64,000 nt of DNA from Octopus sinensis (GCF_006345805.1 NC_042998.1:206026001-206090000), one strand, 5' to 3'; shown: positions 23,980 to 36,320, counted from the first letter of the stretch. Made by a program: numbers and translations. Notes: generated from the sequence alone by a model not told the origin.

Positions 23980-25430
23980 CTTTGATACTTTGATACTTTG
24001 ATAGGTTTCGGCCATTATTGGCCCAGGCCATGTCTAACTTAATAGCACCACCTGGTGAAGTCTTTCAAGTCAGAATTTGGGCACTATGGCCCACTCAAGT
24101 AGAGAGTTATTGTTTACAGAGACATATCCGGGTGTAGGGGGTTTATCCAGGATTTCTTGAAGGAATCTGTCCAAAGACTTCTTGAACCCTATAGGGTCAG
24201 TTTCTGTTTTAATGTGTTTTGGTGTAATGTTAAAGAGAGCGGGGCCAATTGAGGTGAAATAATTGTGCCGTATTGTTGTTATGAGATGAGAGTGCGATTT
24301 TTGTTTTGGGCGGATGGCACGGGGCCCAAGCCTTGGATGTACCTTAAAGGTGATGCCAACATCATTTGGGCAATGCTGATGGAATATTTTCCACATCATG
24401 CAGATGATGTAACGCTCACGACGACGTTGGAGAGAATAGAGTTTTAGCTTTTCTAGCCGACCCCAATAGTCGAGGCCTGTCATGCCATCTATCTTTTTTG
24501 TGATTGCCCTTTGAGGTGCTTCAACTTTTATGATACCTTGTATTGTGTGGGGAGACCACAGTGGACAACAGTATTCAAGGTGGGGTCGGGCAAAAGTGGA
24601 GAAGAGAAGGATAATGGTGTGGATATCTCTCGACTGGAAAGTTCTGAGAATCCAGGAACACATTCTGCGGGCCATGTCAACTTTGGTGTTTATATGAGTG
24701 GCCCAGCTTACGTTGTTGTCCACAATTACTCCCAAGTCTCTGATGTTGTTGGACGCCGCGAGAGTTTCACCTGAAGGAAGGGAGTATGGGAGTTTCAGGG
24801 CATCCTCTTTTCCAAAGTGGATTAGCTCAAATTTATCCTCGTTCAGCAGCATATTGTTTTTTTCTGCCCATTGGATAACAGCCAGTAGATCTGACTGAAG
24901 GCATGTCCGGTCACTCGCCTCATTTATGACCTTCTGTAGCTTGGAGTCATCTGCAAAGATTTTTATGTTGCTGTGCTTGATGATGTCATTAATGTCATTA
25001 ATGTAAATGATGAAAAGAAGTGGGCCCAGCACAGTGCCTTGCGGAACGCCACTACTGACTTTGGCTGGGCTTGATTTTACCCCTTCAACTACAACATGTT
25101 GAGATCTGTCTGTCAGGAAACACTTAATCCATTTCAGTAACTTTCCAGAGACACCAATGTTAGATAGTTTTTTCAATAGGATCTTGTGATCGACCCTGTC
25201 GAAGGCCTTACTGAAATCAAGGTAGATGACATCGGTGTTGGAGCCCTCTCCCAAAGCTCTCAAAATGTCCTCAAAGTGATGCAGGAGCTGCGTTAGGCAG
25301 TCCCTTCCATTACGGAACCCATGTTGGTTGGAGATCAGCCGTCTGTTGCTTTCCAGAAATTGGGTTATTCGAGATCTCACCACCCTCTCAAATACCTTGA
25401 TGATATGAGAGGTGAGTGAGATCGGACGGT
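23977..25430 (-). mobile_element. Young 5'-truncated CR1-group LINE
   Basis: Uninterrupted RT and C-terminal frame, short 3' UTR with a GGCC-aataat-GGCC stem-loop and a (TCAAAGTA)3 tail, inserted beside (TA)n. Confidence 0.92.
24070..25430 (-). CDS. LINE ORF2 reverse transcriptase domain (no endonuclease, no native start codon)
   Basis: RPISLTSHIIKVFE, QHGFR, YLDFSKAFDRVDH, GVPQGTVLGPLLF, FADDSK, RDLGV, RPHLEYCCPLWSP, LYSLQRRRER; no stop codons over about 450 aa. Confidence 0.9.
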
Positions 25431-25694
25431 TCGCCAACCAACTGGCCCGGACGCGACGGCGTGCCGCCGCCGGGCTCGCGCGGGCAGAGCCGACCGGGTC
25501 ACCGCCGCCGCTCCGCAACCGACACCGCAACCACGCCGCGACCGAACCCCCGCGAATGGGGGACGGCAGCCGGACGCGGCCGCAGCGCCGGACGCGAAGG
25601 AGAGCGGCGGCAACGGCAAGCCCGGGCCGCGCGCGGAGCTACCGACAACGGCTTCGGCGCCGCCGCGCTACCGGAAAAGCACTAATCGACGCGC
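25431..25694 (-). other. GC-rich, T-depleted block; candidate A->G hypermutated sequence
   Basis: Manual count for 25441-25694 on the plus strand: about 12 T, 46 A, 77% GC, in an otherwise AT-rich window. Confidence 0.7.
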
Positions 25695-25722
25695 ATATAT
25701 ATATATAATACATATATATATA

Positions 25723-25770
<48 letters not shown>

Positions 25771-26095
25771 GTATAAATATATATATATGTATAAATATAT
25801 ATATATATATGTATAATATATATATATATGTATAAATATATATATGTATAAATATATATGTATAAATATATATATATATGTATAATATATATATATATGT
25901 ATAAATATACATATATATGTATAAATATACATATATATGTATAAATATATATATGTATAAATATATATGTATAAATATACATATATATGTATAAATATAC
26001 ATATATATGTATAAATATATATATGTATAAATATATATGTATAAATATATATATGTATAAATATATATGTATAAATATATATATATATATATATT
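25695..26095. repeat. (TA)n and ATATATATGTATAAAT(AC) minisatellite
   Basis: Directly visible in the sequence. Confidence 0.95.
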
Positions 26096-26134
26096 TAAAA
26101 AAAGGAGATGTCGAACACGAGTGGTGATATATAA

Positions 26135-26321
26135 AAAAGGAAATGAAGAAAATGCTGACAAATAATTGAAGTAATTTAAGTAATTTAATTAGGTGAAAGT
26201 TCTTTTTACCGGTTGCGCATTTGTTTGATAAGCATAACAAATGCGCAACCGGTAAAAAGAACTTTCACCTAATTAAATTACTTAAATTACTTCAATTATT
26301 TGTCAGCATTTTCTTCATTTC

Positions 26322-26326
<5 letters not shown>
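26135..26326. repeat. Perfect 91-bp inverted repeat with a 10-nt spacer
   Basis: 26135-26225 is the reverse complement of 26236-26326. Confidence 0.95.
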
Positions 26327-26358
<32 letters not shown>

Positions 26359-26399
26359 TCATCATCGTTTAGCGTCCGTTTTCCATGCTAGCATGGGTT

Positions 26400-26427
26400 A
26401 TATATATATATATGTAATATATACATA

Positions 26428-26469
<42 letters not shown>

Positions 26470-26702
26470 CACACACATATATATATATATATACATATAT
26501 ATACATACACACACACATATATATATATATACATATATATACATACACACACACATATATATATATATACATACATACACACACACATATATATATATAC
26601 ATATATATACATACACAACACATATATATATATATATACATATATATACATACACACACCATATATATATATATACATATATATATATACATACACACAC
26701 AC

Positions 26703-26733
<31 letters not shown>

Positions 26734-26736
26734 CAT

Positions 26737-26771
<35 letters not shown>

Positions 26772-26783
26772 AATATATATATA
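26400..26783. repeat. (TA)n/(CA)n compound microsatellite
   Basis: Directly visible in the sequence. Confidence 0.95.
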
Positions 26784-27288
26784 TCTATATATATAAAACT
26801 CTAGTTGTGTGAGTGTCTGTCCCCTTCGATTTACATTCCTAACTCCTCCCACATTTTGCGGTGCAGTTTAACCAAATTCGGGTATCTTATAGTCGTGATT
26901 CATATCGAGCCCGTCTGACTATTAGCGCGCGTCAACGATGAGTCTACGATTTTAAAAATAATTTAACATCATTTTTTATTCCATTTTAATGCATAAAATG
27001 CATCGTATGTCGATGGCGGCGGAGTTGGCGTCCACGCTCACAGCTGCACCTGTTTGCTTCTCCCCCTTCCCTCCCTCGTGAAGCTGTGGGGAAGGGAGTG
27101 TAAAGAAATCAACGTCATAATGCGTTGTGAAGGAAACCAGCGTTCTTTTAGAACAACGACTTCATGGCTTGAAGACACCAAAACAAAAATGGCTAAGAAA
27201 GCCCGAATTTATAAGGGAAGTAACTCTCTAAAAATGCTTATATAGTTATTTCCCTTACAAACCCGAGCAACGCCGGGCGATACTGCTA

Positions 27289-27289
<1 letters not shown>
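26784..27289 (+). mobile_element. Non-autonomous Helitron
   Basis: Starts TCTATATATATAAAA, ends with a CCCGAGC-AAC-GCCGGG hairpin, 8 nt and CTAG; inserted between A and T with no TSD. Confidence 0.85.
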
Positions 27290-27358
<69 letters not shown>

Positions 27359-27364
27359 CATCAT

Positions 27365-27744
<380 letters not shown>

Positions 27745-29499
27745 ATCTATATATATATATATATATATATAATACATATTACGAAGTAGGAGCATTAAGC
27801 AGTGATATGTATAAATGCAATGTTACTACCAGTTCAGTTCATTTGAACGTGTCAAGCATATTTGAACTGGTAGCAACATTGCATAAATACATGCATACTA
27901 CTCCATTCCTAATTTTGGATTCCTATTTACACACACACCAACCCCTAACCATAAGCTATAAAACAATTTTTTCAGCTTATCGAATTTCAATACAGGAAAA
28001 ATTTACAACCTTCTACATCAATAAACCACTACTGTACCAGAAAGTTGTTTTTATACCTTCTACAGACTGCTTGAAGCTTACTATCTTCCTACACCTTGAT
28101 CCTTGGACGTGTTTTTTATAATAATTACTGGTATCCTTATATATTACTATATTTTATATCTTATATCTTATATGTAAAGAATAATATGCTATATGTATGT
28201 ATGTTATAATTATCAGTTTAATAAATAGATAAGTTAACATTTTAATGTCCAAAAGTTGATGAACCACCTATTGTTCTCCTCCATTTTCTTATTTGCTATA
28301 TATATATAAACACACACACACACACATATATATATAACTACTTGGACTTTGGGTATATGTCTATTACGCAATATCCTATCTCTATTGGACAGATGCAGGA
28401 TGGGTTGAAATGGTCTTTATGCTGAATAAAAATTTGTACTAAATCCATCTTCCGTTTCCTTTATCATGCCAGGCCCTAACACCCACAAAAGGAAGGACCA
28501 CTGAAATGTGGTTTGATTTGCCCCACCCTTCTCACTTAATGGCAAGACTTGTGTGGGAAGTATATTCCTCGGGTTAATAGACAAACACTTCATTTAGTCA
28601 TGCAGATACAGACTCCTTTTACTGTGCACCCAACATGAAAATTATATTAGCTAACAACCATAAAACATGGGAAGAGGCAGGTTGCTTTTGCAAGGTATAC
28701 AATGACAGTCCAGTGGGAGACCAATGTGAAGCCAACAGTGTCATCTATGAGGCTGTAGTGATACCCAGGTCTAGCAACCACAGTAATAGCAGCAATGGAT
28801 CATCCAACAACATCGATGGCATATTGGAAGCAGCAACAACAGCAGAAACACCAGCACTGATGCTAATGACCCCAATACCAGCACTACAGCCAGAGAGGAT
28901 GACTATGCTGACACCAGCAGCACCAGTGAAGCTACTGGCCCCACACCCAACAATACCATCAACAGTACCCACATAACACCAACCCTACAGCCAGGGACAA
29001 CAACCACAGCAATAGCAGCCACAGCCACAGTGCCAGACCATGTCATAATGATAACAGCACTGATGTCAGCCCCAACGGCATTCAAGTGATGCTTGTACAC
29101 CACAAGTCCTCCTTCAGAGTGTCAGAAAGACAATTTGTCACATCTCCAGCCAGCCATGTGTGGTGCCTCAAAGATGAAGGGACCCCAAATGATATCAAGA
29201 GGAAGATCTTAGAATGGCCAGGTGCCTGTCATTTGAAAATAGAGGTGGTCATATCAAATAAATGTGGTAGTGTCATAATTGTGTTTCCTTTACCATTGCA
29301 TTGCAATGTGCTCAGATCCTAAAATATAACACTATTTTGCTTTGGCAAGATTGAAAAAATTTGTTTGCCTTAATTTTGGGACACCTTGTATACATATATA
29401 TGAGGAGTTCAGCAAAAATATGGTACTTAAGTTGAGGCACCAGAATTTACTACGGTATTATCCATACAATTTCAAAATAAGGTGATTAGAATCAAAATA

Positions 29500-30235
29500 A
29501 GCAACAAGGATATCCAGAAGTAATGCAGTACGATTGTTTCACGCAACTCCATTTAATTGAACAATGCAACCATTACATCAATTTAATTGCAGACCAATCC
29601 TCAGCTGCCACAAAGACATAGAATTTAATTAAATTAAAACAGATGGACAGATTAGTATAATTTTACCTAAAATCTCCAAGAAGTTAAGGAGATAGACAAA
29701 GAACATGTTGCCTTCACTTCCACTTAGAAGCTACTAAGGTATCAGGAAGAAAGACTTGTTACAGATTTTGCTTGTCATTGTTTTATGGGATCAGTTTTAA
29801 TTTATAGACTAGTTTTATCAAATCCTTGTATATCTAAGGCCCGAGTGAACAGGGGGCAGTGTCTGTTAGGGGTAGAGCTGAGGGAGTCGGCAGAAATCAT
29901 AGTGGGTATAGTCATAAAAATCAAGAGTTATTTGAAGCAATATCATGAGATTTGGTAAAGGAAAACTTAAATCAAGATGTTTGCTGACAATTAAGGGAGC
30001 TGGCCACTAGCAGACCATTGATAATGAAACAGGGAAATCTTATGTAGTACTATAGTTAAATATTTTAAGCAATACTGCTATATTGTATAAAGTTAACGTT
30101 TAGGGTTATTCAGAGGATTATTAAGAAGAAGAATTATAACAAAAGGATAAAATGTTTTATGAATACTTTTGAGTGTATACCGAACTTTTACCACAATAGA
30201 GGGAGGAAAAGAAATTATCCAGAGATAGTTTAATA
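29500..30235 (-). mobile_element. Possible decayed Penelope-like remnant with a hammerhead-like motif
   Basis: Frameshifted FPP..IHKTF..KIFNYSTT..KIS resembles the Penelope RT-EN linker; hammerhead-like core at 29525-29608. Confidence 0.4.
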
Positions 30236-30239
30236 TTTT

Positions 30240-31180
30240 GGTGGAGTTGCATTGTACATCTGTGAGGATATTACACCACTAACCCTGTTGTCACACTCAA
30301 ACTTGTTCTGTGACACACTCATGATGCATTTAATGCAACTTGATGTGATAATATACACACTGTATCGCCCACCTGATGCCTCAAATCATGATGGTCAGTT
30401 TGAGGAAAGTCTTACAACAATAAAAGAAGTACTAACAAAACTGGATCAAAGTGTAATATACTTCTGATGGGTGACTTCAACTTCCCCAAACATCAAATGG
30501 ACTGAAGGCCACAGAATCTCAGGAATGACATGCAAAGATAATAACCAAGCAGAATCTCTACTTGACCTCACAAAAATGCTGTTCCTGGAGCAAACAATAC
30601 TCTCCCCAACAAGGAAGGAAAACATATTAGACTTTCGTTTCACCAACAATGTAGGTTTTATCCACAACATGAAGATAACACAGACAATCTTCTCAAACCA
30701 CAACATGATATAACTGATGATGAATTGTCCAAAACTAATGGATGATGTAATCCACAGGGGTGGCACCCAAACTCTTGTCTAGTCTGAGCATCTACAAGGC
30801 TGACTGGAAGTCAACTAGAAGAGAGACTTTTAGAGATCAAAAATAAACTCAGATTCTCCCACGAAAAGGAAATGGTAGAAAGAGACACCAGGGCAGTGGA
30901 AAATATGAAAATAAATCCTAAAGCTTCCTACAAGTTTGTGAAAGAGTTTGCCTCAGTGCACAACAAGATAAGGCCACTGTTTGAAGATCACTCACTAACT
31001 GCAGACCCCAAGAAGATAAGGGAAGTACTAAATAAGCAGTTCCAGAATGTCTTCACTTCTCACATACATACAACAAGCTTCTGCAGTTTCCCCTTCTCAA
31101 GTTCCACTAACAAGGCACTGATCAACTTGAGACTAGAGTGAAAAATACTTGCCCTGAAACCACAGAGTTACAAAGCAAAT
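30240..31180 (+). pseudogene. CR1-group LINE APE endonuclease fragment
   Basis: GGVALYICED, LYRPPD, MGDFNFP, PTRKENILD, SNHNMI, AVENMKINPKASY. Confidence 0.85.
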
Positions 31181-32489
31181 TTCTTAACCACCCAGACATG
31201 CTTGTACCTATATACATAATATCTATATACATTTGCATCATCATCGCCGACACCGCCACTGCCACCACCACCACCATCATCATCATCATCTTCATCATCA
31301 TCATCGCCACAACTATATCCATCACTGAAAACAATAATCATTATTACTTTCCAAAAAGCTTCATCATGACCAAAGTCAACGTTTATTAGTTTCTGCTTCT
31401 GCCCAGTAAAGTGATTCAGCCAAGGCTTTGGAACATCATTAATTCCTTAATTACAAGTGAAGTTGTGTCCTTAATCAAATCATTTTAACTTTGTTTACAA
31501 AAGACAAGAGTTGAAAACTTTAAAGGAAGCCAAGACTGTAAATCACCATTCCACTTCTGGATCCAGTGGTTAACCTTTTCAAATACAATATCATATTGAA
31601 AAACTTCCCATTCTGAGTTCAAATTCCGCCAAGGTTGACTTTGCATTTCATCCTTTCAGGGTCGATAAATTAAGTACCAGTTGCGTACTGAAATCAACCT
31701 AATCAGCTGGCCCCCTCCCCAAAACTTTCGGCCCTTATGCTTAGAATTATCATATTGAAAAACAAAACATACACTTTCTCTGCAGTAATTCATATGAACA
31801 TATCTCTATCTTAGCAGAACCAAGTCATTCTGGCAGACAGAGTGAAAGAATGAAATTCTACAAGTGCTTTATAAACTTTTACCCATTTAAAAGAAAATTT
31901 ATTTCAACCAAAGTGAGGACAGTTCTGCTCTGACAAGCATATTTCTGATTGTATGTTGTTGCTACTGTTTAAGCCTAAATCAGACCTTATTGAGTAAACC
32001 TAGGATCAAAAGCTGTGATCATCTCATCTTTTCATAATCATTGTGTACTTCAGATTACCTTGTCCAACATATCCACTCTTCTGAAAATGGGGTTTGTTGA
32101 GAGAGATTTGGCTGCTATATCTATCAGAAGTTCCTTTATATTATAACCCCAGGTCAGAGATGATCAAGCAAATCTATGTTAAAAGATAATCCGTGGCCAT
32201 CCTATCTTTTCATTTCAGACCTAGTGTATCTAGGACTACATCAACTCATAAATTCCTGTACAGCACAATCGTACATGGTACTGCACTGGTCAGCCAGTGC
32301 TGAAATGCATGATACCACAACAATAATAGTAACCTTGTTTATATTCATTTTGAAGAATGTGAGGTACTCTCTAATATAAGGGAGTAAACTTTAATCCCTT
32401 CTTCTCTCATTTATTTCTCATCTGTAACAGAATCGTTGCAGGTGGGGGGGCACTTTTGACTTAGAAAATAGTAAACAGGATGTTAAGAA

Positions 32490-33760
32490 TTAAGCAAGTG
32501 TCTTTCCTTATGGTAAGGTGAGATTTTATGGAGAGTTGGCTACTATTTCTGGCAAGATTAGCAACAATGTAGAGACTCACTTGTTTGAAAACTATGTGCT
32601 GGTATGCTACAGGTGAATATTTGAAGAAAGAAGTGATATAAGGTTCCACTCCAAAATATATACTTTGCTCTATATAACACCACACCCACATTCCTGCTAG
32701 TCTGCCATTTCTGGAGACCACAAGGTTGCCTGGGTGGGACAGCATTTAATGTTTAAGTAGTGCAACAAGCTTTGCTTCAATAACAATGGTGAGCTTGCAT
32801 GATCTTACTTCAAACCAATCCTGTGTCTTGCACCATTTCTTATCAAAATACTGCAGATGGTGTTCCTGAGAAAATCTCATCTCATCAGCACATCTCTGTC
32901 GAGTAGGAGTCTGCATGGAAGGCATTATTCAATAACCTGATGAACTTTTCTGCTTTACCTGGTGGCTGGATCATAATAACATCAATGCATTGCTTGTCAG
33001 GTGGTTTCCTATATTACATCTTTGGTTGAGGTTTGATCTTGCAGCAAAATAAAGAGTGATTTCCATTAGAGTCTCTATTCTGGAGGCACTGAATTATGAG
33101 TCCATTCCTCAAGTGGAAGTATCTTGTAATTATCAGGTCTCGTTTGGTGCCAGTGTTTGGGGCAGAGATGTCTCCAAGATATTTTGTATAAGGTTTTATT
33201 TTGGAAGAAAATGTTGATGGCACACACAGTGCATGGAGTGTGCAATCATTGTCCAATGCTGTCAATCACATGACAACTCAAGTAGCTCAGCAGCACCCAC
33301 TCTAGTACAGACATCACCAAGCTGCAGTAATTGTTTTTGGTTTGGAGTTTCATGAATTGTCCTTGAGAGTTGGTCATAGAATTTGTCCTTTATATTTTGT
33401 AGAGAGTAGAGGATTGGGGTAGAGACACTGGCAATGTTGACGGGCCTATTCAATGTATAGAGCTGAAATGAGAATATCCACTCAGTCCCTCTCTCGCTGG
33501 ATTCCACCATCTTTAGCAGTGAGTTTGCCAGGGCAAAGCCAACACCATAGTAGGGTGAGATTTGAAGAAGACTGATTATTTCTAGTAGGTCAAACAACAA
33601 TATAAGAAGCTCCTTCCTTCTTTGGCTTTCCCGCAAATTGAGGTTGTGAGAGTATGAATAGAACATCAGCTTTTGCTTTCAAGGTTCAAGTTTGTCATTA
33701 CTTAATCAAATACTGTGTTATTACATGCAGCAAAGTTATGTAGTTGGCTAGTATTCGTTA
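32490..33760 (-). pseudogene. RTE-clade LINE endonuclease region, decayed
   Basis: YGVGFALANSL..IKDKFYDQLSRTI..LLQLGDVCTRVG; DLIITR; TALDNDC. Confidence 0.75.
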
Positions 33761-33777
33761 AAAACAAAAATTTCAAC

Positions 33778-34021
33778 AATGATTTTTTGCCAATCTAATG
33801 TGGCAGTCCCATTTTGAGGTGAATGCTACTGTTGTTTAGCCCCAGGAGACATTGTCTCCAGCTGTGTCCTTATATTTTCAAACAGGGGAGGTTAGCACCC
33901 CCACCCAGCATAAAGAAGTTTCAAAATATAAGAACACAGATCTTGTGTCGTATGGCCAACTGGAGACGATGTCTCCCGGGGCTAAACAACAGTAGCCACA
34001 TTAGGTTGGCAGAAAATCATT
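33778..34021. repeat. Long imperfect inverted repeat
   Basis: 33778-33804 pairs with 33995-34021, and 33825-33862 pairs with 33959-33996. Confidence 0.85.
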
Positions 34022-35334
34022 ACTTTAAAGTGCTGCTACTAAATGTCTCCCGTTGAGAGATTTAGGAACAACACTGTTTCAACAATATCAATGTTTCTGA
34101 AGTGATGATGAGATTTTTAAAAGTGGTTTATTTAATCTAATTTAGAAATGTTTAAAAAAAAAAGAAATAAAACATTCAATGGAGAGGAAATATTTCTGTC
34201 TCAAGAAATATCTGCAGATGATTTGGTATTTATTCCAAACAAACAGAGCTGAAGTGCATTGTATTAACTGAAGTAATGTAATGTACAGCATGAAATGCAC
34301 AAAATGTCATTAGAGAAATTGAACTCAAAACATTTTGGTTAGCAGCTGAATACAATATGTGTACAACCACTTTGCTCCTCTCCAAACATAGAACTTAGCC
34401 ACACGGAAGCTCTAAATCACTATGTTCTGAATTTGTTTGGCACCAGCCAACATTATCTATTGACAAAGAATCAAATAATTTATTACTAAATCATATTTGA
34501 CTTTGGAGTACTGATGTCATCACAGTTAAAAGCTATTTCTTCGTTAGCAACAGAAGTTCATTAGGTCAACAGCATTAAGTTATCATCCTAATGAAACACC
34601 ACAACGAATGGATAACATATGTCGTAAGAGACTGAGTAATAAAGAAGGAAAGCAAAAAAGATAACGGAATGTAGATGCATGGGAAAAAGCAAATTCATAA
34701 TAGGAGACAAAGAAAGAAAATGGAAAAATTAAAAATTAGAAGAATAGATATATTAAGAGAGGAAAAGGAGCAAGAAAGAAAAAGAAGAAGAAGACGACTA
34801 TGATTAAGGGTAAGATGAGAAGATAATAGCAAAAATAAAATTGAAGAATGAAAGAAAGAAAAAAGAGATGGTGACTCATAGAAAATGAACAAATTGGAAA
34901 GCAATAACTAATGAGGAAGAAGATAATGCTTCACTGATTTCTTCCAGGTGACACTAGCAGAGGCAACAATGACGACATCAACAGTATTAATGCTTTGATG
35001 TGTTTGTCTCTCTGTATGTGTCTCACTGTATATGTGTTACAATCAACACATATGTATCGCCTCCATTCATAAATTACTATGGATTTGTGTGTGTATACAT
35101 AAACATACATATATGTTTGTTGTCTCTCACATACATACACACACACATATATATGTGAGAAACAAGACACATACGAAAATGCAAAGATATTCATATGCAC
35201 ATGTATAAACACATGTATCCATGCATCATACATATACACACACTTCTGTATAAAAACATAAGTGCATACACACACACAGTTCTGGAGTTCTGGTTTAAAG
35301 GAAGGGGCTGTGCTCCCAGCCACAGCAGGTACCC

Positions 35335-36320
35335 CAAGGCTATTCAAATGAATGCTATTAATATTCCTTCTGAACAGTTACAAGTGAGTGATGAGAGCAA
35401 GAGACGTGAATGTGTCCAGGAGTGGCTGAGTGGAGGAGGAGGCAGCAGGAAACAGAAGTAAAAGCAATAGAAAAGGTAGAGACAAAGAGAGCAAATGTAG
35501 GCAAGAGACAGGAGTGGGTTTGTGAGTAATTTTATATTAATAAGTTGAATTGCCTTTCTATGGATGCAGTCAATGACTCTGTGTGTGTGTGTGCACATCA
35601 GTAGCACCATCCCAGATGTAGAAGCAGTATTTGAATTGTGGTTCTCCCCTGAGATATGCAAAATGTTTGTAGTTACTGGAGGGTCTGCAGTACTTTTTTG
35701 ACTGAAGATAAAGGCCAATTTTTGTGAAGTCGTTTTCGCTAAGATTGTTGAGCCATGATGGTGAGGCATAGCATTTGTAGAGACGTTCAGTGTTCTAGTT
35801 GCAAATGATTTGTGTCAAAAGAGGAGAAGGGATACTGTTTCTTGATATGTGAAGCAATTGTTCCACTTTGTTGTTGAAAAAAATTAGTTTCTGTCAAAGG
35901 ATAATTTAGAAATCTCTGCTACTAGTATCAGTGTAGACTTGATTTGGAAGGTTAAGAAGGAATAGAAATGGTATTATTTGTGGAAGAATGGGTGTTATTA
36001 AGGTGAAGACAAGAAAGCTGTTGATGTACAGGAAGAAGAAAGGGACAAAATTGAACCCTGAGGCAGACTACAATTGGTAGAGAAAACTTGTCTCAGACCA
36101 CATCAAAATGATGAAGTCTGACAAGAGAGCATTGAACCCACAAATAAGAGATGAACTGAACTCAAAAACAGGCAGTTTGATTAAAAGATTCTTGCTCCTA
36201 AAGATGCAAAAGTGTGTTTCCATGATCTGTATACACAAGCAAAATGGCCAAATTTTTTACATGAGTTGTGGATTTTCCCTTCACAGAGCATCAAAAGTAA
36301 GAAAAGAGATCCAGAAGCAC
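35335..36320 (-). pseudogene. Decayed CR1/Jockey-group LINE RT and C-terminal fragment
   Basis: PQGSILS-like motif near 36060; DCIHRKAIQLIN..LSLA..SLCLYLFYCFY; FKPEL terminus. Confidence 0.6.

Noticed and set aside
25431-25694. CpG-island promoter, bacterial insert or rDNA fragment; ORFs at 25377-25708
   Set aside because: The one-sided T depletion and the lack of a recognisable protein or rRNA motif do not fit. The Arg/Ala-rich ORFs arise simply because stop codons are scarce. A database search is still needed to exclude this fully.
28635-28976. Pro/Thr/Ala-rich host ORF
   Set aside because: It derives from degenerate CAG/CCA/CAA trinucleotide low-complexity sequence, with no splice or homology support.
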